A stretch of DNA of 64,000 nt. Origin: an uncultured Pseudomonadales bacterium. GTDB taxonomy: Bacteria > Pseudomonadota > Gammaproteobacteria > Pseudomonadales > CANNCY01. Location of the stretch: positions 258,305-322,304 of the forward strand of contig CANNCY010000004.1 in assembly GCA_947503335.1 (NCBI GenBank), read 5' to 3'. The position numbers and the translations under genes were made by a program. This document shows, in pieces, positions 1-10,356 of this stretch (position 1 is its first letter; each line of letters starts with the position of its first letter). The notes under the pieces were generated by a model. It was not told the origin of the DNA, did no database searches, and saw only the letters and a program-made list of their open reading frames with translations.

Positions 1-1817
1 GCCCCACACGTCTCACTCAGCCTCTTAAGCGCGTAGGGCCTAAAGGCGATGGGCAATTTGAACCCATTAGCTGGGATCAGGCCTATCAGTTAATCAAAAA
101 GCGCTTTAATACAATCATCGACGAGCACGGCAGCGAAGCTATTATTCCATTCACCTATGGTGGCCCAATGGGTAAGTTGGCTGGCGGCTCGATGGCCGAG
201 CGATTTTTTAACAAGCTTGGCGCGTCGCATCTAAACGCGCTGCCATTGTGTACCGGTGCAACCGGCGAAGCTTGGGATTCGGTACTTGGCGATGTTGGTG
301 GTGTGTCACATACCGAAATGGAGCACGCCGATCTGATTGTTGTATGGGCAAACAACATAACGGCCACACACTTACACCTGATTAAAAAGATCAGAGCCGC
401 CAAGGCGCGAGGCGCAAAACTGGTGGTCATTGATGCTAAACGCATTCGCATTGCTGACGAGGCAGATCTTTTTGTGCAACCAAGACCCGGTACCGATGTG
501 GTTTTAGCGTTAGCGATCGCCAACTTACTTGCAGAGTCAGATGCGCTAAACGTTGAATTCTTAGACCAGCATGTTGATGGTTTAGACCTTTACTTACAAG
601 AAGCTGCAAAGTGGTCGCTGCAAAAAGCCGCAGAGACGACCGGTATTGCCGAAGATGATATCCGCACCTTGGCAAGCTGGTTTGCGACGTATTCTAAAAC
701 ACTTGTCAGCATGGGTGTGGGTTTAGAGCGTACACGAAACGGTGGCGCATCGGTGCGAGCCGTCATGGCGCTGCCTTTGTTGACGGGGGCTTTTGGCCCT
801 GTTGGATCAGGTATTTGCGACCCTGGTGGTTACTTTGATATTGATAGCGAGTATTTAGAACAGCCGTCTTTGCGAAAGACAGAGAATCGTACAATCAATG
901 TGCTCGATCTTGCTTCTGAGATGTTGCAGCCTACATCGGTGCCCATTGAAGCGGTATTTGTTTATAACCATAACCCGCTGGCGGTGGTGCCCAACCAAAA
1001 ACAACTAATCGAGGCCTTATCGCAAGACTCCGTATTCAGTGTGGGATTTGACATTCAAATGACCGATACGATGCGCTATATGGATCTGGTGCTACCAGCC
1101 TGTTCACCGCTTGAGTATGGTGATTTATATAAAGCATACGGGCACACCTATTTGCAACGGTCAGAGCCAGTTATTCGCCCAGTAGGGCAGGCTAAACCGA
1201 ATACGCAGGTGTTTCGCGAGTTAGCCCAGGTCTTCGAATTCAACGAGGCAGCATTTGCCGAGTCTGATGACGACATGATTGCAAATGCCTCAAAGGTCAA
1301 CATTGAGGCAGGTGATGTCATCGATACAAGTCTGCTCGAATCTGCTGAATCAGTGTTTAGAAATGGCTTAATGCCTGATACGCCTTCAAAGAGGGCAAGG
1401 CTTGCTGATAAACAGTTGGCTGATCTTGGTGAGTTGGTGCCAACTTACAAAGAAAGACCCAATAAATCACGCCAGTACACTTTAGTTACACCGGCTTCTG
1501 AAGCGCGCACAAACTCGACATTTGGGTCAGCACCCGCGCAGCCTAAGCAGGTGGTTGAGATTCATCCTAGTGACGCTGCCACTCAAGGGCTCAGCGCGGG
1601 TCAGCAGGTTTTGTTATTTAATGATCTGGCACAGGTGCAATTAGAAGTCTGCGTGTCAGAGCGCATGCAGCGAGGTGTTGTTTACGTCGACAAGGGTGCT
1701 TGGATGCATCAGTCGCAAAGTAACTTAAGCGCCAATGCGTTAATCGACGGGCGTAAGGCTGACTTAGGCGAAGGTGCCTGCTACTACGACACGCAGGTTG
1801 ATATTAGGCCGGTTTGA
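1..1817 (+). CDS. Molybdopterin-dependent oxidoreductase (MopB superfamily), 5' end cut by window edge
   Basis: Frame 3 is open from nt 3 (PTRLTQPLKRVGPKGDGQFEPISWDQAYQLIKKRF...). The ATG at 168 in the ORF track is therefore internal and the gene starts upstream of the window. The C-terminal part (VEIHPSDAATQGLSAGQQVLLFNDLAQVQLEVCVSERMQRGVVYVDKGAW) looks like the molybdopterin-dinucleotide-binding barrel. Family call by motif recall only. Confidence 0.75.
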   Translation, partial: PTRLTQPLKRVGPKGDGQFEPISWDQAYQLIKKRFNTIIDEHGSEAIIPFTYGGPMGKLAGGSMAERFFNKLGASHLNALPLCTGATGEAWDSVLGDVGGVSHTEMEHADLIVVWANNITATHLHLIKKIRAAKARGAKLVVIDAKRIRIADEADLFVQPRPGTDVVLALAIANLLAESDALNVEFLDQHVDGLDLYLQEAAKWSLQKAAETTGIAEDDIRTLASWFATYSKTLVSMGVGLERTRNGGASVRAVMALPLLTGAFGPVGSGICDPGGYFDIDSEYLEQPSLRKTENRTINVLDLASEMLQPTSVPIEAVFVYNHNPLAVVPNQKQLIEALSQDSVFSVGFDIQMTDTMRYMDLVLPACSPLEYGDLYKAYGHTYLQRSEPVIRPVGQAKPNTQVFRELAQVFEFNEAAFAESDDDMIANASKVNIEAGDVIDTSLLESAESVFRNGLMPDTPSKRARLADKQLADLGELVPTYKERPNKSRQYTLVTPASEARTNSTFGSAPAQPKQVVEIHPSDAATQGLSAGQQVLLFNDLAQVQLEVCVSERMQRGVVYVDKGAWMHQSQSNLSANALIDGRKADLGEGACYYDTQVDIRPV

Positions 1818-1831
1818 TCGGCCTTACTCGA

Positions 1832-3706
1832 TTAAGAGTCAACCGGTTGATCGATGGCCACCTGATTACGACCATTCTTTTTGGCGCTATATAGCGCTTT
1901 GTCGGCAATAGAAATGGCTTCTTCTAGGGTCATCGCATGGGTGGCATGGCATACACCAATCGAAGCAGTAAGCCTTAAATCAAAACGTGATAGTGTCTCA
2001 CGCTCTAACGCCGCTCTAATCTGTTCTGCACGAAGCAGCGAGTCGCGGTGGCTGATGCGATCAAAAATCACCAAGAACTCTTCGCCACCATAGCGACCTA
2101 CGTGGTCGCCGGTACGTAAGTTATCTTGCAGAATCTCGGCTACGGCCACTAGCAGTTCGTCGCCTGTTTGATGGCCAAACGAGTCGTTAACGGCTTTAAA
2201 GTGGTCGATGTCAATCAATACAACCGCTGCACCTTCGTCAAAAAACTCGCGATTAAAGGCCTTTTCACCTTGGGCGATGATCTGCCGGCGGTTGGCGATA
2301 TGTGTCAGGTTGTCGGTATTGGCGAGCTTTCTAAACTGATTACGCGAATACACAAAGTAGATCAAAATAGTCAGCGTAAGCAGTAGCAGCATGATGCTTA
2401 ACACCATGTAAATCTGAGCATTGGCAGCAACCCGTTTTTGATGCGCCATATTCAAGCGCTCAATCTCTAGCTCGCGCTGTCTAAGCTGACTTATATATTC
2501 TGTTGGGTCTACTAGCGTCTGATTTTGTAGATGCTGTACGGTTGCATAATTGTTTACATAAAACCGCTGCTGTTGCGCGAACTCTGCATCGCGAATACGT
2601 GCCCATGATGTTGCAATGTCACCCTCAACGAGTGATAGCATTGCGAGGTAATAGGGGTCTCTACTGCCTAGGCTCTCACTAGACCAGCCCATTTGTTGAT
2701 GGGTCTCGAGCAGCTCTGACACACGTTGAGGGTCGTTTTGGCGCAAGGCGATATCGATTAAAGCCCCAAGTGTTCGCTCTACAAACCCACGTTCTTGAGT
2801 CAAATGCTCAAGCGCAAGTGCTGATTCAAAATGACTGCGAGCATTGTCTAGATTCGGTTCGCTGGTATTGAGTGCATAAAAGCCTTCGGTATAGGCTGCA
2901 AAAAACTGATAATCAGTGCCTTCTGGTGCATTGGCCGCAATCGTATTGATAATGTTGATAAAGGGCTGTGCTTCGTGGGGCTGATGCAATACAACAGCAG
3001 TTTGCGCGGCACTAAAGGCAACATTAAAAACATCAGGAGTAGCGCCAATCGCTCGCCACAACGCAATGGCCTGTTGCGATGCGTTAAGTGATTCGTTGAG
3101 TAAACCAGAGCTACTATAGGTATGAGCAAGCGACGAAAGCAGCAATGCTTGACGGCGTTGAGGAAGGTTGTTTTCTTGCGCGATAGCCAAGGCATCGTTA
3201 AGTAGCGTATTTGCCAAAAGCGGCTGCTGTTGAGCAGCGGCTAGACAGTACGCATACTTACTGATCGCCCTAATCTTTGTTGTTGCATCGTTAATAGACG
3301 TACTTAGATCGTAGGCTTGCTTGTACTGAGGGCAGCTGTTGCTTTGCACCGAGCCGCGAATATGCTCAATAAAGCCCAAGTCGATTAAGGCATGTATCTG
3401 GGTGATCGAATCGCCGGTAGCTTCAAGCTGAGGGCCAATTGCATTTAGCAGTTGGTGTGCGCCGTCGTATTGGTTTGCTTCTGCTTGGGCCGTTGCAATA
3501 AGCATCTGATATTGAACCCAGCTAAGTAAATCACTTTGCGCAGGCGCACCGTCGTATCGCTTAAGCGCGACGACGCGATCGGTGGCTTCTATGTGCTTGG
3601 TGGCTTCATCAATTTGGGCAACCAGTGGCGTGTGCCATGATTCGCCAATTGCAGCAACGGGCAAGCATAGAGCAACAGTAGTGATACAGGCGCGAATTAT
3701 GTTCAT
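1832..3706 (-). CDS. Diguanylate cyclase (GGDEF domain) with N-terminal signal, about 400-aa helical TPR-like periplasmic region and one TM
   Basis: RYGGEEF active-site motif with RTGD (RxxD I-site) five residues upstream. TM segment MVLSIMLLLLTLTILIYFVY precedes the GGDEF domain. N-terminal signal-like MNIIRACITTVALCLPVAAIG. Confidence 0.85.
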   Translation of the reverse strand: MNIIRACITTVALCLPVAAIGESWHTPLVAQIDEATKHIEATDRVVALKRYDGAPAQSDLLSWVQYQMLIATAQAEANQYDGAHQLLNAIGPQLEATGDSITQIHALIDLGFIEHIRGSVQSNSCPQYKQAYDLSTSINDATTKIRAISKYAYCLAAAQQQPLLANTLLNDALAIAQENNLPQRRQALLLSSLAHTYSSSGLLNESLNASQQAIALWRAIGATPDVFNVAFSAAQTAVVLHQPHEAQPFINIINTIAANAPEGTDYQFFAAYTEGFYALNTSEPNLDNARSHFESALALEHLTQERGFVERTLGALIDIALRQNDPQRVSELLETHQQMGWSSESLGSRDPYYLAMLSLVEGDIATSWARIRDAEFAQQQRFYVNNYATVQHLQNQTLVDPTEYISQLRQRELEIERLNMAHQKRVAANAQIYMVLSIMLLLLTLTILIYFVYSRNQFRKLANTDNLTHIANRRQIIAQGEKAFNREFFDEGAAVVLIDIDHFKAVNDSFGHQTGDELLVAVAEILQDNLRTGDHVGRYGGEEFLVIFDRISHRDSLLRAEQIRAALERETLSRFDLRLTASIGVCHATHAMTLEEAISIADKALYSAKKNGRNQVAIDQPVDS

Positions 3707-3777
3707 TATGGGCGCTTTCTATTTACTTGCCTTCGATTGTAGCAAAGTGACTAGCCAGTCGCCTACCGTTTAGTCGT

Positions 3778-4962
3778 TCAATTTATCCTTTTGTATTGAA
3801 TAACTGCGCCAATGGGCAGCATCAGCATCACTAATGCGCAAAGCAATAACCACTGCCAACCTAATAAGCTAAGCAGCCAGCCTGCTGACAAGCTTGCCAG
3901 GGCTTGAAAACCAAATACGAAAAAATCGTTATACCCCTGAACCCGATAGGGCGAGTTATTAGCGTACGCTTCAGGTAGCGCTGCTGTGCCCGAAATAAAT
4001 AAGAAGTTCCAGGCAATGCCTAGCAAAATTAACGCAATGGTGAACGCTGTATGAGTTTGTGAGAACACTCCGACGCCGATCGCAGCGCCAAACAATGCAG
4101 TGCCTAATACAATCGTGCGATTGATACCGATCTTACCAATCAATAAAGGTGTGATCAGTGATGGTAAGAACATCGCCATGATATGCGCCTGAATGGTGGT
4201 CTTGGTGGCCTCTAGCGATAGGCCAAAGTGATGATGCATCGACAGCGGCGTGGCGGTCATGATGAAACTCATTAACCCGTAGCCGACAGCGCCAGCGATA
4301 ATGGCTCGCCACAATGCTGCCGAATGGTGCAATGGTTTCGAGCTGTTGCTCGTGTCGCTAGTGCTAGTGGGTTGAGGCATCTGTAGTGCCATTGTAATAA
4401 CGATAACAAACACAAAGCTGATCATGGCAAGATAAAACGAACCCTCAAAAGGGGTGTCAGTTAGATGCTGCCCCCATAGGCCAAGTTCGGGGCCGATAAA
4501 CGCTGCGATGATGCCACCCAATAATACAGTTGACGTTGCCATCGATGCTTTATCGGGGGCAACTGACTCCATGGCGATAAATCGAAAATGTTGAAACGAG
4601 GCACCACATAACCCGATAACCCCTACCCACAGGCAGAAGTTCCAAAACGATTGGTTAACAACTGCCAAAGAGACGAAATAGAGCGCGCCTATTACGCAAA
4701 GGCTTGCAGTGATGATGACGATGCGCCGACCAAAGCGTTGCATCAGTTTGGCAGTGGGTAGCGTGCCAAATGCGGTGCCTAACACCATTGCCGCCAAGGG
4801 CAAGGTTGCCCAGCGTTCTGAAGGTGCCATGGGCACAGCAATGATAGATGCAAGCAAAATGAGCATGGGAATTGCCGCAAATCCCAATGCATAGGCGCTA
4901 AACAGCAGCACTAAATTAAGATTCATGATTACGGGCTCTGTCGGCGGTGCCAGAGCGATCAA
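3778..4962 (-). CDS. MFS transporter
   Basis: About 12 hydrophobic helices and the MFS motif-A-like loop AKLMQRFGRR. The listed start overlaps hemH by 47 nt. The internal ATG at 4926 (MNLNLVLLFSAY...) is a more likely start. Confidence 0.75.
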   Translation of the reverse strand: MIALAPPTEPVIMNLNLVLLFSAYALGFAAIPMLILLASIIAVPMAPSERWATLPLAAMVLGTAFGTLPTAKLMQRFGRRIVIITASLCVIGALYFVSLAVVNQSFWNFCLWVGVIGLCGASFQHFRFIAMESVAPDKASMATSTVLLGGIIAAFIGPELGLWGQHLTDTPFEGSFYLAMISFVFVIVITMALQMPQPTSTSDTSNSSKPLHHSAALWRAIIAGAVGYGLMSFIMTATPLSMHHHFGLSLEATKTTIQAHIMAMFLPSLITPLLIGKIGINRTIVLGTALFGAAIGVGVFSQTHTAFTIALILLGIAWNFLFISGTAALPEAYANNSPYRVQGYNDFFVFGFQALASLSAGWLLSLLGWQWLLLCALVMLMLPIGAVIQYKRIN

Positions 4963-5977
4963 CGGTGATTGGCCAGCCCTGTGTATGCTGCTCGATTAGT
5001 TGAGTCATTAGTTCAACATGCGTATCACTACTGTTCAGACAGTCAATGTATTCAAATCGTTCGCCGCCCGCGGCTAAGAAATAATCTCTATTCTCAACCT
5101 TGATTTCTTCAAGGGTTTCTAGGCAGTCGGCAGAAAAACCAGGGCATACTACCTGTACGCTTTTTGTACCTAATGTGGGCAAACTCTTCAGTGTTGCATC
5201 GGTATAAGGCTGCAACCATTGCGCCTTACCAAAACGACTTTGAAAGGTCACCTTATACTCGTCTTTACTGAGACCAAGTTTTTCGGCTACTAAGCGAGCG
5301 GTTTTTTGGCACTGACAATGGTAGGGGTCGCCATCAAGTAAATAGCGCTGCGGCGTACCATGAAATGAAAACAGTAGTAGGTCAGCCGCCCCGTGTTGTT
5401 GACGGTAGTCGCTGATACTATCGGCAACGGCTTGAATATAATTTGGGTCGTCGTGATATTGATGAATGGTTCTTAGCTCAGGTAACCAACGACGTTGCCT
5501 AAAATCGTTGCCTACTGCATCGATGACTGAAGCGGTGGTCGAGCAAGAGTATTGTGGGTACAACGGTAAAACGAGTAGTCGCTCTGCGCCTTGATTAATA
5601 AGAGAATCGATTTGCGAACTGACCGACGGTGAACCGTAGCGCATTGCGAAATCGACAATCGCCTTGTCACCTAACTTGTCGCTGACTTTGCGAGTGAGCG
5701 CTTTGGTGTGTACTGCTAGCGGCGAGCCTTGCTCTGTCCAGATGCTTGCGTAGGCGTGGGCGCTGCGCTTGGGGCGAATACGAAGAATGACACCATGTAA
5801 GATAGCTAGCCACAACAGACGAGGAATCTCTACAACCCTTGGGTCAGACAAAAATTCGCGCAGGTACGGGCGCAGTTTCGCCGCCGTAGGCGCTTCAGGC
5901 GTACCTAGGTTAACCAGCAATACCCCAGTCTTAGAGCCAGTCGCATGGTCGTAATTGCGTCGATTAATAAAAGCCAT
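4916..5977 (-). CDS. hemH: Ferrochelatase
   Basis: Collinear with E. coli HemH from memory: GVLLVNLGTPEAPT, YLREFLSDPRVVE, LPLYPQYSCSTT, FSFHGTPQRY, FQSRFG, VVCPGFSADCLETLEEI. Confidence 0.92.
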   Translation of the reverse strand: MAFINRRNYDHATGSKTGVLLVNLGTPEAPTAAKLRPYLREFLSDPRVVEIPRLLWLAILHGVILRIRPKRSAHAYASIWTEQGSPLAVHTKALTRKVSDKLGDKAIVDFAMRYGSPSVSSQIDSLINQGAERLLVLPLYPQYSCSTTASVIDAVGNDFRQRRWLPELRTIHQYHDDPNYIQAVADSISDYRQQHGAADLLLFSFHGTPQRYLLDGDPYHCQCQKTARLVAEKLGLSKDEYKVTFQSRFGKAQWLQPYTDATLKSLPTLGTKSVQVVCPGFSADCLETLEEIKVENRDYFLAAGGERFEYIDCLNSSDTHVELMTQLIEQHTQGWPITVDRSGTADRARNHES

Positions 5978-6037
5978 TGTTCGCTCAACTTGGTTAAAGG
6001 CTAAATTGTAGAGCGAACTTTACGGTTGGCAACAAGT

Positions 6038-7441
6038 TTATTCGTTTGTGGCAAGAGTCGGCAGCTGGTCTAAAGACATTATTCGAGACGAGTGACCACC
6101 TACGATCTTGCTGGGCACAATGTTTAGCCTAGTTAACTGCTGTTGTAGCTGCGCGCCCGCTGTACTAATTGGGCCCAGCGGCCCGTCTTGAGGTGCTAAA
6201 AAATGATCCTCTTCAAACAGGGTTTGTGACCCTTCATGCCAAGCGACTAACACCGAATCACTGTGCGCAGTAGGGCCAACGTCGATTAAACGTATTCCGT
6301 GTTGCGAGCGACTACCGATGACCCATTCGAAGGGTCTGTTTTGATAAGACTCGCCCGTAAATAAATCGCGGTGGGCGGCCGACGCGACGATCGTTGCACC
6401 TAGTTCAAGCCATTCATCTACGCTAGCAATGTGGTCACTGTGATGATGGGTTACCACTGCTTTAATCAAAGGCTTATCGGCAACTTGATTGCGAGCCCAC
6501 TGATAGCGCTCTGCACCACCCGCCGAGCCACCGTAAGCGATCCAGCCTTCATCAGTTAATTGCATAAGACTATAGTGATACTGCTTGCCTACCAGCCATA
6601 GCCGGTCTGAAAGCTGTTTGCCAGTCATTGTATTAGACACAGTAGAGATTATCAGGCTGCTTTCGTCGAACATGGGCGCAAGTTGCCATGGCTGATCAAC
6701 GCTTACCTGCTGTAGTTGCCAGCCGAGACTGTGTTGGCCGGCCACGCTGATTGACACTGATTGGGCCGTAGATACGTCACCACCGCTAATTACGCCTTGG
6801 TAGTCGTAGCGAACAAGACCAACATTATCAATTAAACGAATGGCGTGATCGATACGCATGGTTTCATTGTTGATATAGAGGCTGAGTGTGGGCTGATCGG
6901 GGTAATACAGATCGACCATAATAAAGTCACTGTCATCTAGCTCGCGCCAGCCGATCAGTTTCGCTTTGGTTTCTTCGGTTAGTATCTGGCGTAATAGCAG
7001 CAACGGTTCAGAGCGGCTCACACGGGCAACACTAGCGTTATAGTTAAGTGTGGGTGCGTGATGATGTACTTTGCGAAAATGATCGTACTCATGTCGTTCA
7101 TCGTCGTTGATGACCCAACTTTGATGGCGTTCGTTGCCAGCACTTGGATTTAGTGTTGTTTGTAAAAAACGAGGCGATGAAAAATCAATTTTTGTAGTCA
7201 GTGTAGAGGTGCCGATGTCCCAAGGAGCATTAAGATGACGGCTTTGATTGATTAAGGGACGCTTAGTAGTAGATACGGCGTGATAATTTGAGATAGCGCC
7301 GATCGTCTGTTCGCCGCCATAGGTATCATAAACCTGCGCCAATAATGCACGTAACGCCTCAGAACGCATCATCAATGCGTCGCCACTTGCCTGTGCGTAA
7401 CTACTAAGTATCAACATCGCCATCAAAAGAGTGCGTGACAT
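6038..7441 (-). CDS. Secreted metallo-beta-lactamase-fold hydrolase with large N-terminal domain
   Basis: HxHxDH motif (VVTHHHSDH) near the C-terminal third and a signal peptide MSRTLLMAMLILSSYAQA. Start moved to the ATG at 7441 because a strong SD (GAGGAGGG) lies just upstream; the ORF track starts at 7465. Confidence 0.7.
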   Translation of the reverse strand: MSRTLLMAMLILSSYAQASGDALMMRSEALRALLAQVYDTYGGEQTIGAISNYHAVSTTKRPLINQSRHLNAPWDIGTSTLTTKIDFSSPRFLQTTLNPSAGNERHQSWVINDDERHEYDHFRKVHHHAPTLNYNASVARVSRSEPLLLLRQILTEETKAKLIGWRELDDSDFIMVDLYYPDQPTLSLYINNETMRIDHAIRLIDNVGLVRYDYQGVISGGDVSTAQSVSISVAGQHSLGWQLQQVSVDQPWQLAPMFDESSLIISTVSNTMTGKQLSDRLWLVGKQYHYSLMQLTDEGWIAYGGSAGGAERYQWARNQVADKPLIKAVVTHHHSDHIASVDEWLELGATIVASAAHRDLFTGESYQNRPFEWVIGSRSQHGIRLIDVGPTAHSDSVLVAWHEGSQTLFEEDHFLAPQDGPLGPISTAGAQLQQQLTRLNIVPSKIVGGHSSRIMSLDQLPTLATNE

Positions 7442-7548
7442 CTGATAACCCTCCTCTGGTATCATCCCTGATTAAAACGACCCTATGCGATGGCTGCAAT
7501 CAATACTGCGGTCAATAGAGCTAAACACAAGACGGATCGATAATAACA

Positions 7549-8541
7549 ATGAAACATCTAGTTTTCGGCGCAGGCCTCATCGGCTCCTACCTATCGGCAG
7601 TACTTAGTTTGCAAGGTATGCCGGTAAAGGCTATTGCACGAGGCCGGTACGCAACCCTGCTAAACGATGAACTATCGCTTAGTAGCTATGAGATGCCAAA
7701 AACGTCTGTTAGCTCAGTGTCAGCGCCAGAGTCTCACGAATTATTCGACGTTGTGTGGGTTACGCTCAAAGCAACACAGATCGATGCAGCGATGCAATCT
7801 ATCGTAAAGTGGCTTGCTCCTAATGGCATACTCATTACTTGTCAAAATGGGTTAGAAAACCCGAATAGTCAACATTGGCCCATACGCGCACAGCAAAAAA
7901 GGTTGAAAGCCATTTGGCAGAGCAACGTGAGTATCCATGGCAACTGCGTTCACAGGGGTTCTGAAGGCGCCTTGATGTTACAGTCGGATGAGGTGACCAA
8001 TACCTTTGTAAAGCAGCTAGACTCGCCCTATCTACCTGTCGAGATAGTCGACGATATAGACGCGATAACCTGGGCCAAGCTACAGCTAAATCTTGGCAAC
8101 GGCGTTAACGCCATCATCGACAGGCCGGTGCTACAGATGTTAGAGAAAAGCGATGCACGATGGGTGATTAGCCAGTTAATGAGCGAGTTGTTGGCGGTGG
8201 CCGATGCACAGGGTATACGCGTACCAAAACTGACTGCCTTACCCGCACCGTTGCTGCCCTATCTACTAAGGTTGCCAACGTTTATCTATCAGCGGCTGAT
8301 GAAAAAAGCGTTGACGATCGACCCGACGGTTCGCACATCGATGTGGCACGATATTGATCAAAACAAGCTAACTGAAAAAGACGTGATTTACGGTGTGACT
8401 ATTGCGTTGGCTGCGAAGGCGGGCATTGCTACGCCGGCACATAATACAGTTTTTGACTTAATTGCCCAGATTGAGTCGGGCGAGATAAGTAAGGGAATCT
8501 CGCCCAAACAGCTGCGCCAGAGGGTTGCCGCAGCATCTTAA
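7549..8541 (+). CDS. Ketopantoate reductase family (PanE/ApbA-like) oxidoreductase
   Basis: N-terminal Rossmann motif VFGAGLIGSYL. Size and C-terminal helical domain are typical of 2-dehydropantoate 2-reductase family members. Exact substrate unknown. Confidence 0.65.
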   Translation: MKHLVFGAGLIGSYLSAVLSLQGMPVKAIARGRYATLLNDELSLSSYEMPKTSVSSVSAPESHELFDVVWVTLKATQIDAAMQSIVKWLAPNGILITCQNGLENPNSQHWPIRAQQKRLKAIWQSNVSIHGNCVHRGSEGALMLQSDEVTNTFVKQLDSPYLPVEIVDDIDAITWAKLQLNLGNGVNAIIDRPVLQMLEKSDARWVISQLMSELLAVADAQGIRVPKLTALPAPLLPYLLRLPTFIYQRLMKKALTIDPTVRTSMWHDIDQNKLTEKDVIYGVTIALAAKAGIATPAHNTVFDLIAQIESGEISKGISPKQLRQRVAAAS

Positions 8542-8544
8542 ATA

Positions 8545-9708
8545 TTAGTCTTCGTCGTACTCGTCAATATCTTCGTCGTCGTCGGCAACCGCGATTAGGG
8601 TTTCGGCAATCGGGTACAGAACATCGGCACCAAGCTTGGCACAGCGATCAGGGCTCCAACCTTCAATCTCGTCAGGTAGGTCAAGATTGTCTTTGAATGG
8701 CATTTCGATGGTGAAAGACAGCGTCTTAAACTGTTCGCCCATCCAGTTAGCCGCAATTGCTAGATTCGCCTTACCTGGCTCGTCTTTGTCGTATCCGTGC
8801 ACGTCTTGAAAGTCGGGGCTGATTGCCATGTAGCTTTCTTTAAACACGTCTTCTAACATCGCGTGGCGAGCATCATAGCTTGGGTTGCCTTCGCAGCCTG
8901 CAACAAAGTTGTAGGGCAGCGCTTCGTCACCATGAATGTCTAAGAATACATCACCGCCTTCGGCCAGCATGCGCTCACGTACTAGGTACACTTCTGGGCT
9001 TGCTTCCATCGTTGGCTCGGCCCATTCGCGGTTGAGGTTAACACCCGCTGCATTGGTGCGAAGATGGCCGCGAACAGAACCGTCTGGATTCATGTTGGGA
9101 ACAATATAGAATGCAGTGTCTTCTAATAGCTTTCTAGCCATAGGATTACTGTAGTCAAGCAGCGCATCTAGCAACCCTTCGATATAGTATTCAGCCATCG
9201 ACTCGCCCGGGTGCTGGCGGCCAATAACCCATACCTTGTTTAGGGCTTCGGTTTCGTCGCCAATCACAAGTAGGCTCATGGGGCGGCCGTCAAGGGTGTT
9301 GCCCAACACTTCGTGACGTACGCGCTCATCTTGCTGACACATAGCGATTAGGTTTTGGTGACGCTCCCAACTATAAGGGGCAAAGTAGGCGAACCACACG
9401 GTGCTATGGTCTAGCTCGTGATCCCAGATAAGGCTTTTGCCGTCAAACTCGGTGTCTACACGAAACCAGGTATCGCGATCGTAGCTAGCACACAGACGAT
9501 AGTTTTCCCAACCGTCGGGATAGGCTGATTCGCCAGCATTAGTGATGCAAAATGTTGCAGCACTACCCACGTCGCCCGTAACACTGAAGTGAAACCACTG
9601 ATAAAAATCAGAGTTATTATCGCGACGAATTGCTAGCTCGATATTGTTAACGTCTGAAGCGTCGATTACGTCGATGTTGCCGCTATCAAATTGCGCGTTA
9701 ATGTACAT
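8545..9708 (-). CDS. M14 family zinc carboxypeptidase (cytosolic-carboxypeptidase-like subfamily)
   Basis: N-terminal beta-sandwich (FDSGNIDV) followed by the zinc-ligand motif RQHPGES and later LDIHGDE. Acidic C-terminal tail. Confidence 0.7.
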   Translation of the reverse strand: MYINAQFDSGNIDVIDASDVNNIELAIRRDNNSDFYQWFHFSVTGDVGSAATFCITNAGESAYPDGWENYRLCASYDRDTWFRVDTEFDGKSLIWDHELDHSTVWFAYFAPYSWERHQNLIAMCQQDERVRHEVLGNTLDGRPMSLLVIGDETEALNKVWVIGRQHPGESMAEYYIEGLLDALLDYSNPMARKLLEDTAFYIVPNMNPDGSVRGHLRTNAAGVNLNREWAEPTMEASPEVYLVRERMLAEGGDVFLDIHGDEALPYNFVAGCEGNPSYDARHAMLEDVFKESYMAISPDFQDVHGYDKDEPGKANLAIAANWMGEQFKTLSFTIEMPFKDNLDLPDEIEGWSPDRCAKLGADVLYPIAETLIAVADDDEDIDEYDED

Positions 9709-9843
9709 GGTGTTGCCTCTGGGATCTTATGTGTAACCTATTGTACGATACCTAGATTGATCTGCCACCCAAAAGCTTATTAGTTGCATACAATACGGGC
9801 GGTTCAAGCCATGTGTATTACCAACGCTATAGCCGAGATACTT

Positions 9844-10356
9844 ATGAAAAACCTAGTACTGATTATATTGGCGGCCTTGCTGTGGTCGCAAACAGCGAGT
9901 GCTGGCGTCAAATCGGTGTCTGAAGACCAGTTTACCCTTCAGTATCAATATGAATTACCGATTACGCCTACGATGGCCTATGCCCGGTTTGTAGCGGTAT
10001 CGCATTGGTGGTTAAGCAGTCACACCTTTAGTGGTGATGCTAAGAACTTGCGTATTAAGGTAGAGCCCAACGGTGGTTTATTTGAGCGTAGCGCAAACGG
10101 CCTGATGGTTGAACACCTTCGTCTGGTGTATGCGCAGCCTCATCAGCAGTTACGATTTAAAGGTGGCTTGGGGCCATTACAAAGCCAGCCAGTCTCTGGT
10201 GTTATGACGGTTACCTTTGAGGCGCTAGAGCAGGGTACAAAAATGAGTATCGATTACCAAGTGTACGGTAGTGCGCAGTTCGATTACGCCCAGTGGGCGC
10301 CGATTGTTGATGGCGTGCTTCAAGCACAGTGGCAGTCGTACCGTTCAAAGCTTTAA
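9844..10356 (+). CDS. Secreted SRPBCC/START-like (AHSA1-type) domain protein
   Basis: Signal peptide MKNLVLIILAALLWSQTASA begins at the internal ATG 9844; the ORF-track start at 9784 adds a non-signal extension. The fold call is weak and based only on size and pattern. Confidence 0.4.
   Translation: MKNLVLIILAALLWSQTASAGVKSVSEDQFTLQYQYELPITPTMAYARFVAVSHWWLSSHTFSGDAKNLRIKVEPNGGLFERSANGLMVEHLRLVYAQPHQQLRFKGGLGPLQSQPVSGVMTVTFEALEQGTKMSIDYQVYGSAQFDYAQWAPIVDGVLQAQWQSYRSKL

Noticed and set aside
155-675. Minus-strand ORFs 155-523 and 436-675.
   Set aside because: Both are antisense to the well-supported molybdopterin oxidoreductase gene and have no recognisable features.
1806-1824. Short hairpin AGGCCG-N7-CGGCCT spanning the oxidoreductase stop codon.
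   Set aside because: It has only a 6-bp stem, no U-tract, and overlaps coding sequence. That is not enough to call a terminator.
2848-3195. Nested same-strand out-of-frame ORFs (2848-3195, 11819-12160, 25356-25676, 28560-28862, 52720-53166 and similar).
   Set aside because: Each lies inside a longer ORF with clear family motifs, and none shows features of its own.
1832-3706. Possibility that the GGDEF cyclase is the c-di-GMP input for the adhesin system.
   Set aside because: It lies about 24 kb away, separated by many unrelated housekeeping genes. No c-di-GMP receptor is visible in the adhesin block, and proximity alone does not support a link.
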